From Eledone cirrhosa (Eukaryota): DNA of 64,000 nucleotides. Below are positions 51,698 to 64,000 of the stretch, piece by piece. The stretch spans positions 214,024,001 through 214,088,000 of the forward strand of contig OZ024742.1 in assembly GCA_964016885.1 (NCBI GenBank). Direction: 5' to 3'. Both the position numbers and the translations under genes were made by a program. The notes under the pieces were generated by a model, which was given only the letters and a program-made list of their open reading frames with translations, did not search any database and was not told the origin of the DNA. Numbering within the stretch: the stretch's first letter is position 1; the number at the start of each line of letters is the position of its first letter.

Positions 51698-54598
51698 TCC
51701 TTGAATCTCAGTCATTGATGTTGGTTAACTGGAAAGTCCGTTGGATTTTCCCTTAAGGCTGCTCTTCCTCCTTGATGTTATTTCCTCCTTGGACATCCCC
51801 TGGCCTACTGTCCCCTCCTTCAGTACAGCTCTGAGCATTGGCTCCTTACTATAGGTCACGTATTTGTATAGGTTGTTTTTCTCCATCCGAACACAGTCCT
51901 CTATGCTGATAAGACCTCTTCCACCCTCAGATCTCCTTAGGTAGAGTCTATCGACATCACTCCTCTTGTGGAACATGTTGTAGATAGTCAATAAGTTCCT
52001 AGTCTTCCTATCCATTTCTTTTTGTTCAGCCACTACCTGCAGCCTCAGATATTCAGGACGCATCGGAGGGTTCTTGCTGTTCCAAGCAAGCATGCCTTTT
52101 GAAGCGTTCCAAAAAGCGTGAAGGGGCCGATTTTCTTTAACCATCCCTGGAAACTTTTGGAGATAGTCCCCAGTGCGCCTATGACAATCGGGATCACTTT
52201 GACTTCATGGCAGTTCCAAATCCTTTTCACCTCCCACTTTAGGCCCTGGTATCGGTTAATTTTCTCCCTCTCCTTCTCTTGCACTCTCGTGTCGAACGGG
52301 CAGGCCACATCCACAATCAGACACGATCTTTTTTCTTTGTCCACAACCACCAGGTCAGGTCTATTGTGTTCCAGTTTTTTGTCCGTCTGTATCCTAAAAT
52401 CCCACAGCACCTTCACCTGATTGTTCTCCATCACCGCCTCAGGCCTATGCTCATACCATTTCTCAGAATGTGGTAAATTGTTTACTTTGCACAGGTGCCA
52501 GTGGATCACCCTGCCCATCACATCGTGTCTCCAGCCCTTATAGTGGGTCTGGGCTAGGTGTTTACACTCGGACACAATGTGAGCCACAGTCTCCTCTCTC
52601 TCTCCACAGATCCTGCACAGTGGGCTAGCCTCCTCCTTGTAAATATGGTGCTTCAACCACTTCGTTTTGAGGGCCTGCTCCTGCGCAGCCATTAGCATTC
52701 CTTCTGTAGCCTTTTTGAGGTCTCCTCTTCTCAACCAGTTCCATGTCTGTGGATCTCTAAATTCAGTTTTCTCAAAGAAGGTACTATGAAGGGATTTTCC
52801 CTTAAGGCTGCTCTTCCTCCTTGATGTTATTTCCTCCTTGGACATCCCCTGGCCTACTGTCCCCTCCTTCAGTACAGCTCTGAGCATTGGCTCCTTACTA
52901 TAGGTCACGTATTTGTATAGGTTGTTTTTCTCCATCCGAACACAGTCCTCTATGCTGATAAGACCTCTTCCACCCTCAGATCTCCTTAGGTAGAGTCTAT
53001 CGACATCACTCCTCTTGTGGAACATGTTGTAGATAGTCAATAGCTTCCTAGTCTTCCTATCCATTTCTTTTTGTTCAGCAACATTCCATCTCAGAATTCC
53101 CGCACTGTACCTAATAATAGACACAGCTCGGGAATTTACTGCGCTTATGGCATTTCTGCTGTTCAGATGTGACTTCAATACGCTCCTTACTCTCCGAATG
53201 TATTCAGTTCTTAACAATTCCTTCATTTTTTTGTTCTTTATGCCATCAGCCTCCAGAACGCCCAAATACTTGTATCCTTCCTCAGAGTCAATTTCCTTTA
53301 TCATCTCACCTGTTGGTATCTGGATCCCGTTACTTCTGCTCAACCTACCCCTCCTCATCACAATGACTCCACATTTACCAATACCAAACTGCATACATAT
53401 ATCACTGCTGAAAATACGGACAGTGTCAACAAGCACATCCAACTCCTTCTCACTTTTCCCGAAGAGCTTAAGATCGTCCATGAAGAGGAGGTGATTGATG
53501 GTAAGCTCTCCCCTTCCCAACTTGTATCCTGCTCTCACTTTTCGCAGCATGATGGTCAAGGGCATCAGGGCAAGGACAAACAACAGAGGGGACAGGCTAT
53601 CTCCCTGGAAGATACCTCTCTTGATCTTCACGCTTCCCAAGGATACTCCAGTTGATGTCAACTCTGTCTCCCAGGACCCCATACTCCTGCCCAGCAACTG
53701 TCTGATGTTATCTGCCACCCTGAAGATCTCCAGGCTTTTGGTGATCCAAGAATGAGGCACCATGTCAAATGCCTTTCTGTAGTCTATCCATCCCATGGCA
53801 AGATCAGTGTGTCTCCTCCTGCAATTCCCCATTACCATCTTATCAATAAGTAACTGGTCCTTTGTACCACGTGACTTCTTTCGGCATCCTTTCTGTTCGT
53901 CCGGTAACAAGTTGTTTGTGTGGAGGTGATGGTAGATTTCCTCAGACACAATGCTCGTCAACAGTTTCCACATTACGGACAGACATGTGATAGGTCTATA
54001 GTTGGTAACATCATTACCCTTGATTCGGTCTTTCATTATCAGAACTGTGGTACTTTTGTCAACCACTCTGGCACCTCACCCGACACCAAGCAGTCATTGA
54101 ACATGGCCGTCAGCTTCGGGTGGAGGGATGTTAAATGTTTAATCCAATACCCCTGCACACCATCTGGGCCTGGTGACTTCCAGTTGGTTAGTTTTTTGGC
54201 CTGCCCCTTAAGAGTTTCAACTGTGATACTCAAATCAGTCTGTTGCTGTGCCTGCTCACCGATCTCCCTCTGTACTGTCTCAATCCACCCTGCCTGGACA
54301 TTATGTCTAACATCCTGCTCCCATATTCCTCTCCAGAATGTTTTAGTTTGCTCCGCCCCAGGGATCAAGTCGTTGCCTCTTTCTTTCCCCTCAAGCTGTC
54401 CAAACAGCATCTTCTGGTTGTTGTCGAATATGCGGTTCTGTTTATACTGACTGACTCTGTTCTCGTATCGCCTGATTTTTGCACTCTTTGCTACAATGCG
54501 TTGCTTCAGTTCCTCTATGATAATATTTAGCTTTTTCCTCCTAGTTTTGTATTTTATTTCCAGTCTATTTTTAGTGCCTATGTTTTTTAGTGTCCCAG
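51698..54598 (-). mobile_element. R4/Dong-like retrotransposon B (5'-truncated; second family)
   Basis: ORF 52045-54066 plus frameshifted 54039-54598; FMDD, CRIC..H...C, RHD and NRPD motifs; (TAA)n on both sides. Confidence 0.93.
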
Positions 54599-54629
54599 TT
54601 ATTATTATTATTATTATTGTTATTGTTAT

Positions 54630-56582
54630 TCCTTGAATCTCAGTCATTGATGTTGGTTAACTGGAAAGTCCGTTGGATTGAATATCAAGCCACTACCTGC
54701 AGCCTCAGATATTCAGGACGTATCGGAGGGTTCTTGCCGTTCCAAGCAAGAATGCCTTTTGAAGCGTTCCAAAAAGCGTGAAGGGGCCGATTTTCTTTAA
54801 CCATCCCTGGAAACCTTTGGAGATAGTCCCCAGTGCGCCTATGACAATCGGGATCACTTTGACTTCATGGCAGTTCCAAATCCTTTTCACCTCCCACTTT
54901 AGGTCCTGGTATCGGTTAATTTTCTCCCTCTCCTTCTCTTGCACTCTCGTGTCGAACGGGCAGGCCACATCCACAATCAGGCACGATCTTTTTTCTTTGT
55001 CCACAACCACCAGGTCAGGTCTATTGTGTTCCAGTTTTTTGTCCGTCTGTATCCTAAAATCCCACAGCACCTTCACCTGACTGTTCTCCATCACCGCCTC
55101 TGGCCTATGCTCATACCATTTCTCAGAATGTGGTAGATTGTTTACTTTGCACAGGTGCCAGTGGATCACCCTGCCCATCACATCGTGTCTCCAGCCCTTA
55201 TAGTGGGTCTGGGCTAGGTGTTTACACTCGGACACAATGTGAGCCACAGTCTTCTCTCTCTCTCCACAGATCCTGCACAGTGGGCTAGCCTCCTCCTTGT
55301 AGATATGGTGCTTCAACCACTTCGTTTTGAGGGCCTGCTCCTGCGCAGCCATTAGCATTCCTTCTGTAGCCTTTTTGAGGTCTCCTCTTCTCAACCAGTT
55401 CCATGTCTGTGGATCTCTAAATTCAGTTTTCTCAAAGAAGGTACTATGAAGGGATTTTCCCTTAAGGCTGCTCTTCCTCCTTGATGTTATTTCCTCCTTG
55501 GGTATCCCCTGGCCTACTGTCCCCTCCTTCAGTACAGCTCTGAGCATTGGCTCCTTACTATAGGTCACGTATTTGTATAGGTTGTTTTTCTCCATCTGAA
55601 CACAGTCCTCTATGCTGATAAGACCTCTTCCACCCTCAGATCTCCTTAGGTAGAGTCTATCGACATCACTCCTCTTGTGGAACATGTTGTAGATAGTCAA
55701 TAACTTCCTAGTCTTCCTATCCATTTCTTTTTGTTCAGCAACATTCCATCTCAGAATTCCCGCACTGTACCTAATAATAGACACAGCTCGGGAATTTACT
55801 GCGCTTATGGCATTTCTGCTGTTCAGATGTGACTTCAATACGCTCCTTACTCTCCGAATGTATTCAGTTCTTAACAATTCCTTCATTTTTTTGTTCTTTA
55901 TGCCATCAGCCTCCAGAACGCCCAAATACTTGTATCCTTCCTCAGAGTCAATTTCCTTTATCATCTCACCTGTTGGTATCTGGATCCCGTTACTTCTGCT
56001 CAACCTACCCCTCCTCATCACAATGACTCCACATTTACCAATACCAAACTGCATACATATATCACTGCTGAAAATACGGACAGTGTCAACAAGCACATCC
56101 AACTCCTCACTTTTCCCGAAGAGCTTAAGATCGTCCATGAAGAGGAGGTGATTGATGGTAAGCTCTCCCCTTCCCAACCTGTATCCTGCTCTCACTTTTC
56201 GCAGCATAATGGTCAAGGGCATCAGGGCAAGGACAAACAACAGAGGGGACAGGCTATCTCCCTGGAAGATACCTCTCTTGATCTTCACGCTTCCCAAGGA
56301 TACTCCAGTTGATGTCAACTCTGTCTCCCAGGACCCCATACTCCTGCCCAGCAACTGTCTGATGTTATCTGCCACCCTGAAGATCTCCAGGCTTTTGGTG
56401 ATCCAGGAATGAGGCACCATGTCAAATGCCTTTCTGTAGTCTATCCATCCCATGGCAAGATCAGTGTGTCTCCTCCTGCAATTCCCCATTACCATCTTAT
56501 CAATAAGCAACTGGTCCTTTGTACCACGTGACTTCTTTCGGCATCCTTTCTGTTCGTCCGGCAACAAGTTGTTTGTGTGGAG
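54630..56582 (-). mobile_element. R4/Dong-like retrotransposon C (5'-truncated, near-identical to B)
   Basis: Uninterrupted RT-RLE frame 54705-56582; (TAA)n on both sides. Confidence 0.93.
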
Positions 56583-56644
<62 letters not shown>

Positions 56645-56648
<4 letters not shown>

Positions 56649-56947
56649 TCTAGGATAATTTGTCATGTTATTGTTATCTATGTATTTAATTTTATTCTAG
56701 TATCCTACTCTATGTAAAGCTTCATTATAATATTCTGCCTTATCATCAAAAATATTTTTATTAGCAGAGATGCGTGAAATCCGTTGTTGGACGCTATTGA
56801 CAATAATCTTTTTTATATTTCAAGGATGATTAGAATTGAAACATACGTAAGTTAGATTTTCGCTAATTTTATGGAATGGATAATAAAGACCTGTGCTAAG
56901 GTTTAAGGTTACCTCTAAGAAGTTAACGATTTTGTAATTATTCTCTG
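56645..56947 (-). pseudogene. Naiad-type PLE RT C-terminal/thumb fragment
   Basis: Minus-strand translation KIVNFLEVTLNLSTGLYYPFHK...SNHP*..QRISRISANKNIFD..YYNEALHRVGY, collinear with 38825-39080. Confidence 0.82.
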
Positions 56948-57159
56948 AATACATTTATATTCGTTGAATTACCAATAACTTAAATATCCCTGTTGCTCTT
57001 GCTAATTCTCTCGCCCACTATCTATTAACACTTCTAATATTTAACACTGCCGGCACTAGTATTGAGCACCCTCTGCATACGCTATTTGGCAAATAACTAA
57101 ATGTATCACCTATCCCTCCTTTCCTCTCTCTCGATACGTAAATACTCTCTCTCTCTCTC

Positions 57160-57243
<84 letters not shown>

Positions 57244-57283
57244 GAAATTACATGAATCAAAGTTCTATTCAAATCATTTATTC

Positions 57284-57328
57284 GCTTACAATTGTTTCTT
57301 CCAAACCGAGGTTTGCAGTCTTCGGAGC
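57284..57328 (-). ncRNA. Hammerhead ribozyme, variant core CCGAAGA
   Basis: Minus strand: GCT-CCGAAGA-CAAACC/GGTTTG-GAA-ACAATTGT-A-AGC. Confidence 0.55.
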
Positions 57329-57877
57329 AATTTTTCATTGATTGTTTACATACATGACCTCCTTTTCAACACAAGAGACATACAGAAACATATCTATATA
57401 TTGATGCACAGTGGGTTGACATCCATCATAATATTTAAGCATGGCAGTTTACATTCAAAGATTAAAGTCATATTAAAAGAAAATTACAACAAAATTAAAG
57501 TTATAATACAACATTGGCAGTTTACGAAGAAGATTCAGGAGGATAGTTAGAAGAAGTTAGTTATACGTGGGGGCATGCACGTGTGTCTTATTTATATAAG
57601 ATTATAGTGCGGTAAGGTGTTATATGGTATATAAGCACTTTAAGCGGGCAATCAATATTATTATGGGGGTTGTATAGTATTTTATATGTATGATATAGAA
57701 GCTTGTGTGCAGAGAAATATTTAAGAATGAGAAGCAAAACAGTGTTATGGTTTTTCGTATACATCACCATTTTCACAATCGAGGAAACGTAATACATAGA
57801 TTATATGTCCTTCACATAATCTACGATGATTCAATATTGGATGCTTGATGAATTAGGTTGGAATATTCTTTAATCCA

Positions 57878-57912
<35 letters not shown>

Positions 57913-57964
57913 CATATATGATAAAGAACACAAGAGCGTCTACAACATTAACAGATTTTTATTG

Positions 57965-58008
57965 GCTTACAATGTTTCTCCTTAAGTAACAGTAGGATTC
58001 GTCAGAGC
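57965..58008 (-). ncRNA. Minimal type I hammerhead ribozyme
   Basis: Minus strand: GCT-CTGACGA-TCCT/AGGA-GAA-ACATTGT-A-AGC; (TA)n ~45 nt downstream. Confidence 0.68.
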
Positions 58009-59029
58009 TATAAAAGGGGTTTGATTGGTGTTATGGACTCTACCAACCAAACATTCAAGAACAAAGAGTAAAGAGAGTAAAGAGCAAATGTAGGGGACGA
58101 TAAGTCTAATTTTGGTGCGGGAGGGTGGGTGTGGGTCCTTGTTTACTAGCTGTGGTGATATTCATTCCCGTTAGTCGAGTGGTTAGCTGAACCATAGATG
58201 GGGTGGCGTCGATAGTATGGTGCAGAGGGTGCGCAGAGGCTACACAAACACAAAGGGCATACAATATATATATATATATAACGGAGGAGAAAGTACATGA
58301 GGTAATTAGAAATGGAAAAAGAGTAATAATAATAATCTATAATTAATAATGTATAATAAGGCATGGGGAAGATTACACTATAATAAGGTATAAAAGTAAG
58401 GATAAGGTAAAATATAAAGGAGGATAAAAGTGGAAATAATAAAGATAACAAATATATATGTAAAAAAAATATATGTAAAAAAATATATATGTAAAAAAAT
58501 ATATATGTAAAAAAATATATATGTATAAAGAAATATAAGCGAGTATTTGGAGGGGAAAACACAATGTAAAAAAACCGATTTTTTCAAATAAAAATAAAAA
58601 TATTATAATTATGGGGGGAGAAAACGGGATGGAGAAATATGATCAAATGTGATTAGTTCAGAGAATATAAGATGATAATAGTTATGTCAAGTTTATACAT
58701 CTTAATAATATGCTCACACCCCTCCTCACTCAAACACCTAAAAACAAACACACACAAACTGACAGATACTCTCGCCTATGTATATACATATATATATGTG
58801 CGTATGTGTGTACGTGCATGTCCATTGTCGCCAAACCTTCATATAATTCTTAGCACTTAAATATGCTTTTCATCTATAAGATTTTCTCTTCAGTTTGTAT
58901 ACACAAATATTTACGTGTATTTGTATTATGTTTATTAATTAGAAGAGCATGGTTAATTGGAAGAGCAGTTAGGATGGCGGATAAATTATATGTTCTAAAC
59001 CATCTTCTTTAACTCTGTCTTTCAACTTT

Positions 59030-60050
59030 TCGGATCCAATATATAAACACGAGGTGAGCTCTATGACTCGAAGGAATTGATAGAACGTCGGTATGCCTTC
59101 TGATTTATTACCCACCTACACTACGCCACTAAATGTGATAAGCTACCGTTGTCAGTACAAACACCGCGCGTATTAGAACAAAATCTTGCTCAACGATTGA
59201 AAAGAGAGGAGATAGAGGAGCGCTCAATGATTTTGCAAAGGCTCTTTCAAATGTGGCTGTTGTTTAGTTTGAACATTTGAAAAGCGATGCCTGTAACGAG
59301 GAAAATAATAAAAAGCGAGATCATTGGTGTTAAATCGAAAACACTCAATATATTTGTCAGACTCTGACAAGAGTGCGTAATGTCATCTCTCTTGTTCATA
59401 ATCTTCATGGGCAGGATTGACATGTGCACCCAGGCTGGCGTGATCTAAAGACTGTGGATGTAGAATCAGCTAGCTGGAATTTGCAGACGGCATGCTATTA
59501 ACAGGAGGCCGAATTAAATACAAGAATTGCACGAGTTGGTGCAGTAATGCGTCAGTTTCAGTATTCGGTCATTAGAAGGAAAGTAGTAAAAGCCAACCCC
59601 TCTCTTGAATTCGGTATTTGAGCCAACCTTTTCCTATTGTCACGAATCTTATGTAATGATGTAAAGAATGCGATCGCGAATAAAAGCAACTGAAATGTGG
59701 TTCCCCCGAAGAGTCTTCTGAGTAACGTTACTCGATAGAATGCGTAGCTCAGAGACTCAGAGAACCGCTCGAGGTAGAGACGCTACGCCGCGAGTTGAGA
59801 AATCACAGCTGCGATATTACGAACATGCGGTCAGAATGTCTCAGGAATGAATTGCGGGACAGATTTTACGGGCAAAACCATTTAGTAGGACACCTAGTAG
59901 TAGACCACGTACAAGATGATGGGTTAACATCCATAAGCTCGGCTGTTCTCGCTTGGGCTCCAGTCGGATAAATTAGAGACAGTTGTTTCTGATCCGCTGG
60001 AAGTCGTGCTTCAGAACACTTCCCCCACGATCTCCCAGAAATATATGCGG
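59030..60050 (+). pseudogene. Decayed RTE-clade LINE, 3' part
   Basis: ELNTRIAR, YCHESY, RSRIKATEM, LDRMRSSE, KSQLRYYEHAVRMSQE and RPRTR motifs. Confidence 0.7.
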
Positions 60051-60064
60051 GAAGTAGAAGCAAA

Positions 60065-60683
60065 TCTCTCTCTATATAAAATTCTTTGTTTCTTTATCTG
60101 TCGTCTGTTCCTATGCATTCTCAAACGGCTCAACCAAATAAAATTTTACGAGGTAATCGTAATCAACTATAGTAAACCACCACTACCACCGCCACCACGA
60201 CCTTATATTTTGTATATGAGTGCGTATGTTCTGTGAGTGCATGTGTGTGTGTTTGCGAGTACGTTAGGCCTCAGAGTATTAAACACACGCACTCATCTAC
60301 ACATACATGTGTTGACTGACAAGTAATAGTTGTGCATGAATGCATGTCTGTGTGTGTCTGCCTTAGAATAAGTATCTGAGTGTATGTGTGTGTGATAATT
60401 TTTATTTTCACGTTAGGCCTCAGATAATTAATCACACATACACGTCTACACATACATATTGCCATAGTAATTTGCATTCACATTAACTTCACACACACAG
60501 ATCTACACATACAGATACATGTGTTGTCTGACAAGTAATAGGTTTGCGTGAATGTAGGTCTCTGTGTGTCTATCTTAGTATAAAACAACACAACGACGTC
60601 ACATTTTGTATATAAATGTGTAGATTGTGTGACTGTGTGTGTGTTTGAGCGTTCGTTACGTACATTACTAAATACACACGCAA

Positions 60684-60755
<72 letters not shown>

Positions 60756-61143
60756 GTATATATATATATACATATGTAGTGACTGACAAAAATGAACGGA
60801 CAAGCTCTGCGTGTGTCTGCGTGAATGTATGTCTGTGTGTGTCTGTCTTAGTATATGCATATAAGTGTATATGTGAGTGAATGTGTGTGAGTGTGTAGCA
60901 ACAATTTATTCATTTGGACACCAACAAAATATGACACAATGAATATTGTTTACCCCAAGGTGCTTCAAGATTGACAGATTTTCATTTATAAATTCTATTA
61001 TCATTACAATTTTGATTTTTTTTTTTAACAAAATATAGATATTTTGAAATAATTATGAGAAAAACAATATATCTTCATATTTTTGTTTTTCTAATCTGAA
61101 TAAGAACAGCAGTAACCAGGGCAATGCCGGGTAATTCAGCTAG
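60065..61143 (+). mobile_element. Non-autonomous Helitron-type element
   Basis: 5' TC...CTATATAAAA; 3' CCAGGGCAATGCCGGG hairpin then CTAG-T; internal CA/TG repeats. Confidence 0.65.
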
Positions 61144-61371
61144 TATATAGATAAAATATATATAGGTATGTATATATATATATATGCATATATATATATA
61201 AAAATTAGAAAAAACAAAAAAAAAACTTCAACTTTGTACATGTACACACACCCAACACATCAAGTTTGGAACAGTAATACAACATACCCATCTTTAGAAA
61301 TTGATTGGGGATAGACTTACAAGAACTAAAAGTTAAATTTATGCTCTCACACGTGTGTATATATATATATA

Positions 61372-61407
<36 letters not shown>

Positions 61408-62484
61408 AAGATTCCTCCGACTCTTTATGATATATACCCACATTCTACTACCCCAAGTAACGAGTACTCCGTTGAGTAATAATTTAATTAGTTGCAAACT
61501 GTTGCTATTCTGATATATATTTACACGAGTATAGTTCGTGAATAAACAAGACTAAAACACATAGATGTAAACACAAATATTTTTCGAACGCTTGGGAAGA
61601 AGTATGTATGTATGTATGTATGTATGTATGTATGTATGTATGTATGTATGTATGTATGTATGTATGTATGTATGTATGTATGTATGTATGTATGTATGTA
61701 TGTATGTATGTATGTATGTAGGATTGATTGCGCGTTTGTCTGTGTACACACATATATATATTTGATACAAAAAATTGAAAAAAAACAAAAAAAAAACTTT
61801 AAAAACCTTTTAAAAATCTCTTTTTATTTAACTTTCAAATGGGATCGAATCCCTGGTCTACGTTTATTAAAGAGTCAGCGAATCATTGTAGCTCATTTTC
61901 AGGTGTAATGGCCCGCAGATGGGTAAAAAGAAAATTCACTGGGATTGAAGGACCCTGAGCTGTTGTTACAGTATCTTTCTAAAAGAGAGAAACTTTGAAA
62001 TAAAACCTGCAGTTGATGATTACTGGTTATCTGGCTTAGGCTTGTCACCAGACACAGATCACTGAAACTTAGAGAGTGGTGCCCGTGTAGTACAAGTGTT
62101 TGCCACTATAATCCAATGATGTACAGATGTCTCTTTTGTGATCTTCTCATCTGTCATTTTTACAGCTGTAAGTCCTATGGCTATGGAGGAGTGGCGACGT
62201 GTGCAGACCTGACCAGTTGGAAGCATATAGTTGCAAATCTATACATAGGCGACAGGAGTCTTATCATAACATCGTCGTTATGTCTTTCTGTGACAAGGGT
62301 TAACTCCGGTGGAGATACCTGTGTCTGGGTAGCCCTATCAGGGAGAGCACTGCTCACCCAAATTCTTGGGAAGGTGTTAGAAAAGGTGCATTGAAAATGC
62401 CTGTCACATCAATGTTGGGTAGTTTAGTGCGGCTATCGTCTGTTCATTCAAGCAGGAAAAGAAAAAGTAAATTATAAAGTAAAC

Positions 62485-62517
<33 letters not shown>

Positions 62518-62593
62518 TGTATGTATGTATGTATGTATGTATGTATGTATGTATGTATGTATGTATGTATGTATGCATGTTTGTATGTATGTA

Positions 62594-64000
62594 TGGAGAG
62601 ATGACCCCTTAGCCTTTGTCACCGGGAGAGATGACCCCTTAGTCTTTGTCAAGGCAGAATTCCAGGAGAAGGAAAACTCAGATATAACACCTGCAACTCT
62701 GATGGTATCCAATGATGTTGACTTGTTCTTCTTTTTGGTAAATATCATCTTGGTTAAGAGAGTGGGACTGGCTTTGTGCAGTGCCTTTGCTCACTATAAA
62801 AGCTTCACGGCACAGGCATTGCTTTATATCTGGAGATCTCTCTGCACTTATCGTCACATGATACCATGGGCCTAGCACTATGTGTCAATAATTGTCACAA
62901 GTGTAGTGTTTGTACCAGAGTTTTCAAGTCGCTGGCTGGACTAAAAGGTCACACTTGTTCAGCGCATCGGTAGGAGTTCTCCTACATGGATATAAAGTAG
63001 TGGCCGTACTCTAAAACGAGTTGGCAGCCACCATGTATGTATGTATGTATGTATGTATGTATGTATGTATGTATGTATGTATGTATGTATGTATGTATGT
63101 ATGTATGTATGTATGTATGTGCAGTGCCTTTGCTCACTATAAAAGCTTCACGGTACAGGCATTGCTTTATATCTGGAGATCTCTCTGCATTTGTCGTCAC
63201 ATGGTACCATGGGCCCAGCACTATGTGTCAATAATTGTCACAAGTGTAGTGTTTGTACCAGACTTTTCAAGTCGCTGGCTGGTCTAAAATGTCACACTCG
63301 TTCAGCGCATCGGTAGGGGTTCTCCTACATTGATATAAAGTATTGGCCGTACTCGAAAACGAGTTGGCAGCCACCATGTATGTATGTATGTATGTATGTA
63401 TGTATGTATGTATGTATGTATGTATGTATGTATGTATGTATGTATGTCAGGTTACCAGTTGGTGCTACTGGTAACATGTATCCCAGTACAACCTGTCCCA
63501 TGGTCGCGTCGTTGGCGACTAAACTGGCAACCACACTAAGGTTTCTTGGTGAGGAGGGTGACTTTGGACATCCTGCAGGACTAAAAACAAAACCTGTCAA
63601 AGGGCAAAGGAGCTCTTAAGAGTCAATGGCCATCCAAAATCACCGGGAGAGATGATCCCTTAGCCTTTTCCAAGGCAGAATTCTAGGAGAAGGAAATCTC
63701 TGATATAACACCTGAAACCCTGATGGTATCCAATGATGTTGACTTGTTCTTCTTTTTGGTAAATATCATCTTGGTTAAGAGAGTGGGACTGGCTTTGTGC
63801 AGTGCCTTTGCTCACTATAAAAGCTTCATGGCACAGGCATTGCTTTGTATCTGGAGATCTCTTTGCACTTGTCGTCACATGGTACCATGGGCCCAGCACT
63901 GTGTCAATAATTGTCACAAGTGTAGCGTTTGTGCCAGAGTTTTCAAGTCGCTGGCTGGACTAAAAAGTCACACTCGTTCAGCGCATCGGTAGGGGTTCTC
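62594..64000 (+). mobile_element. Three head-to-tail copies (62594-63033, 63119-63377, 63447 to window end) of an RTE-tailed non-autonomous element in (ATGT)n
   Basis: Shared 3' end with staggered 5' ends; encodes HKCSVCARVFKSLAGLKSHTRSAHR*; 3' stem-loop CTCG-AAAA-CGAG; separated by (ATGT)n. Confidence 0.85.

Noticed and set aside
56645-56947. In-frame TGA in the Naiad RT fragment as selenocysteine (some Naiads are selenoproteins)
   Set aside because: The TGA is at a non-Cys position, a TAG occurs in the same frame, the 38.2-kb copy has no in-frame TGA, and I found no convincing SECIS.
61860-62460. Possible host exons (AG/GT-bounded segments, 92-aa ORF)
   Set aside because: No recognisable protein similarity or consistent exon chain.

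Overview
Eukaryotic, AT-rich, microsatellite-dense DNA with no recognisable host gene; the repeat families suggest an invertebrate, possibly an octopod cephalopod (inference only). The window is almost entirely retroelements sorted by microsatellite motif. (TATC)n holds a head-to-tail array of four Tx1/L1-clade LINE copies (3.9-18.3 kb). (TAA)n holds three R4/Dong-like RT+RLE elements (48.3-56.6 kb), apparently stacked inside the poly-Asn linker of a split Naiad-type Penelope-like element (PLE). (TATG)n holds RTE-tailed non-autonomous elements and another RLE fragment. (TA)n holds PLEs and their pLTRs. Read by eye, these carry about ten type I hammerhead ribozymes, a tandem ~559-bp retrozyme-like unit, and several fold-back palindromes centred on hammerhead stem II. 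Helitron-type, hAT-MITE and mariner remnants are also present. All alignments and RNA folds were done by eye, so boundaries are approximate.
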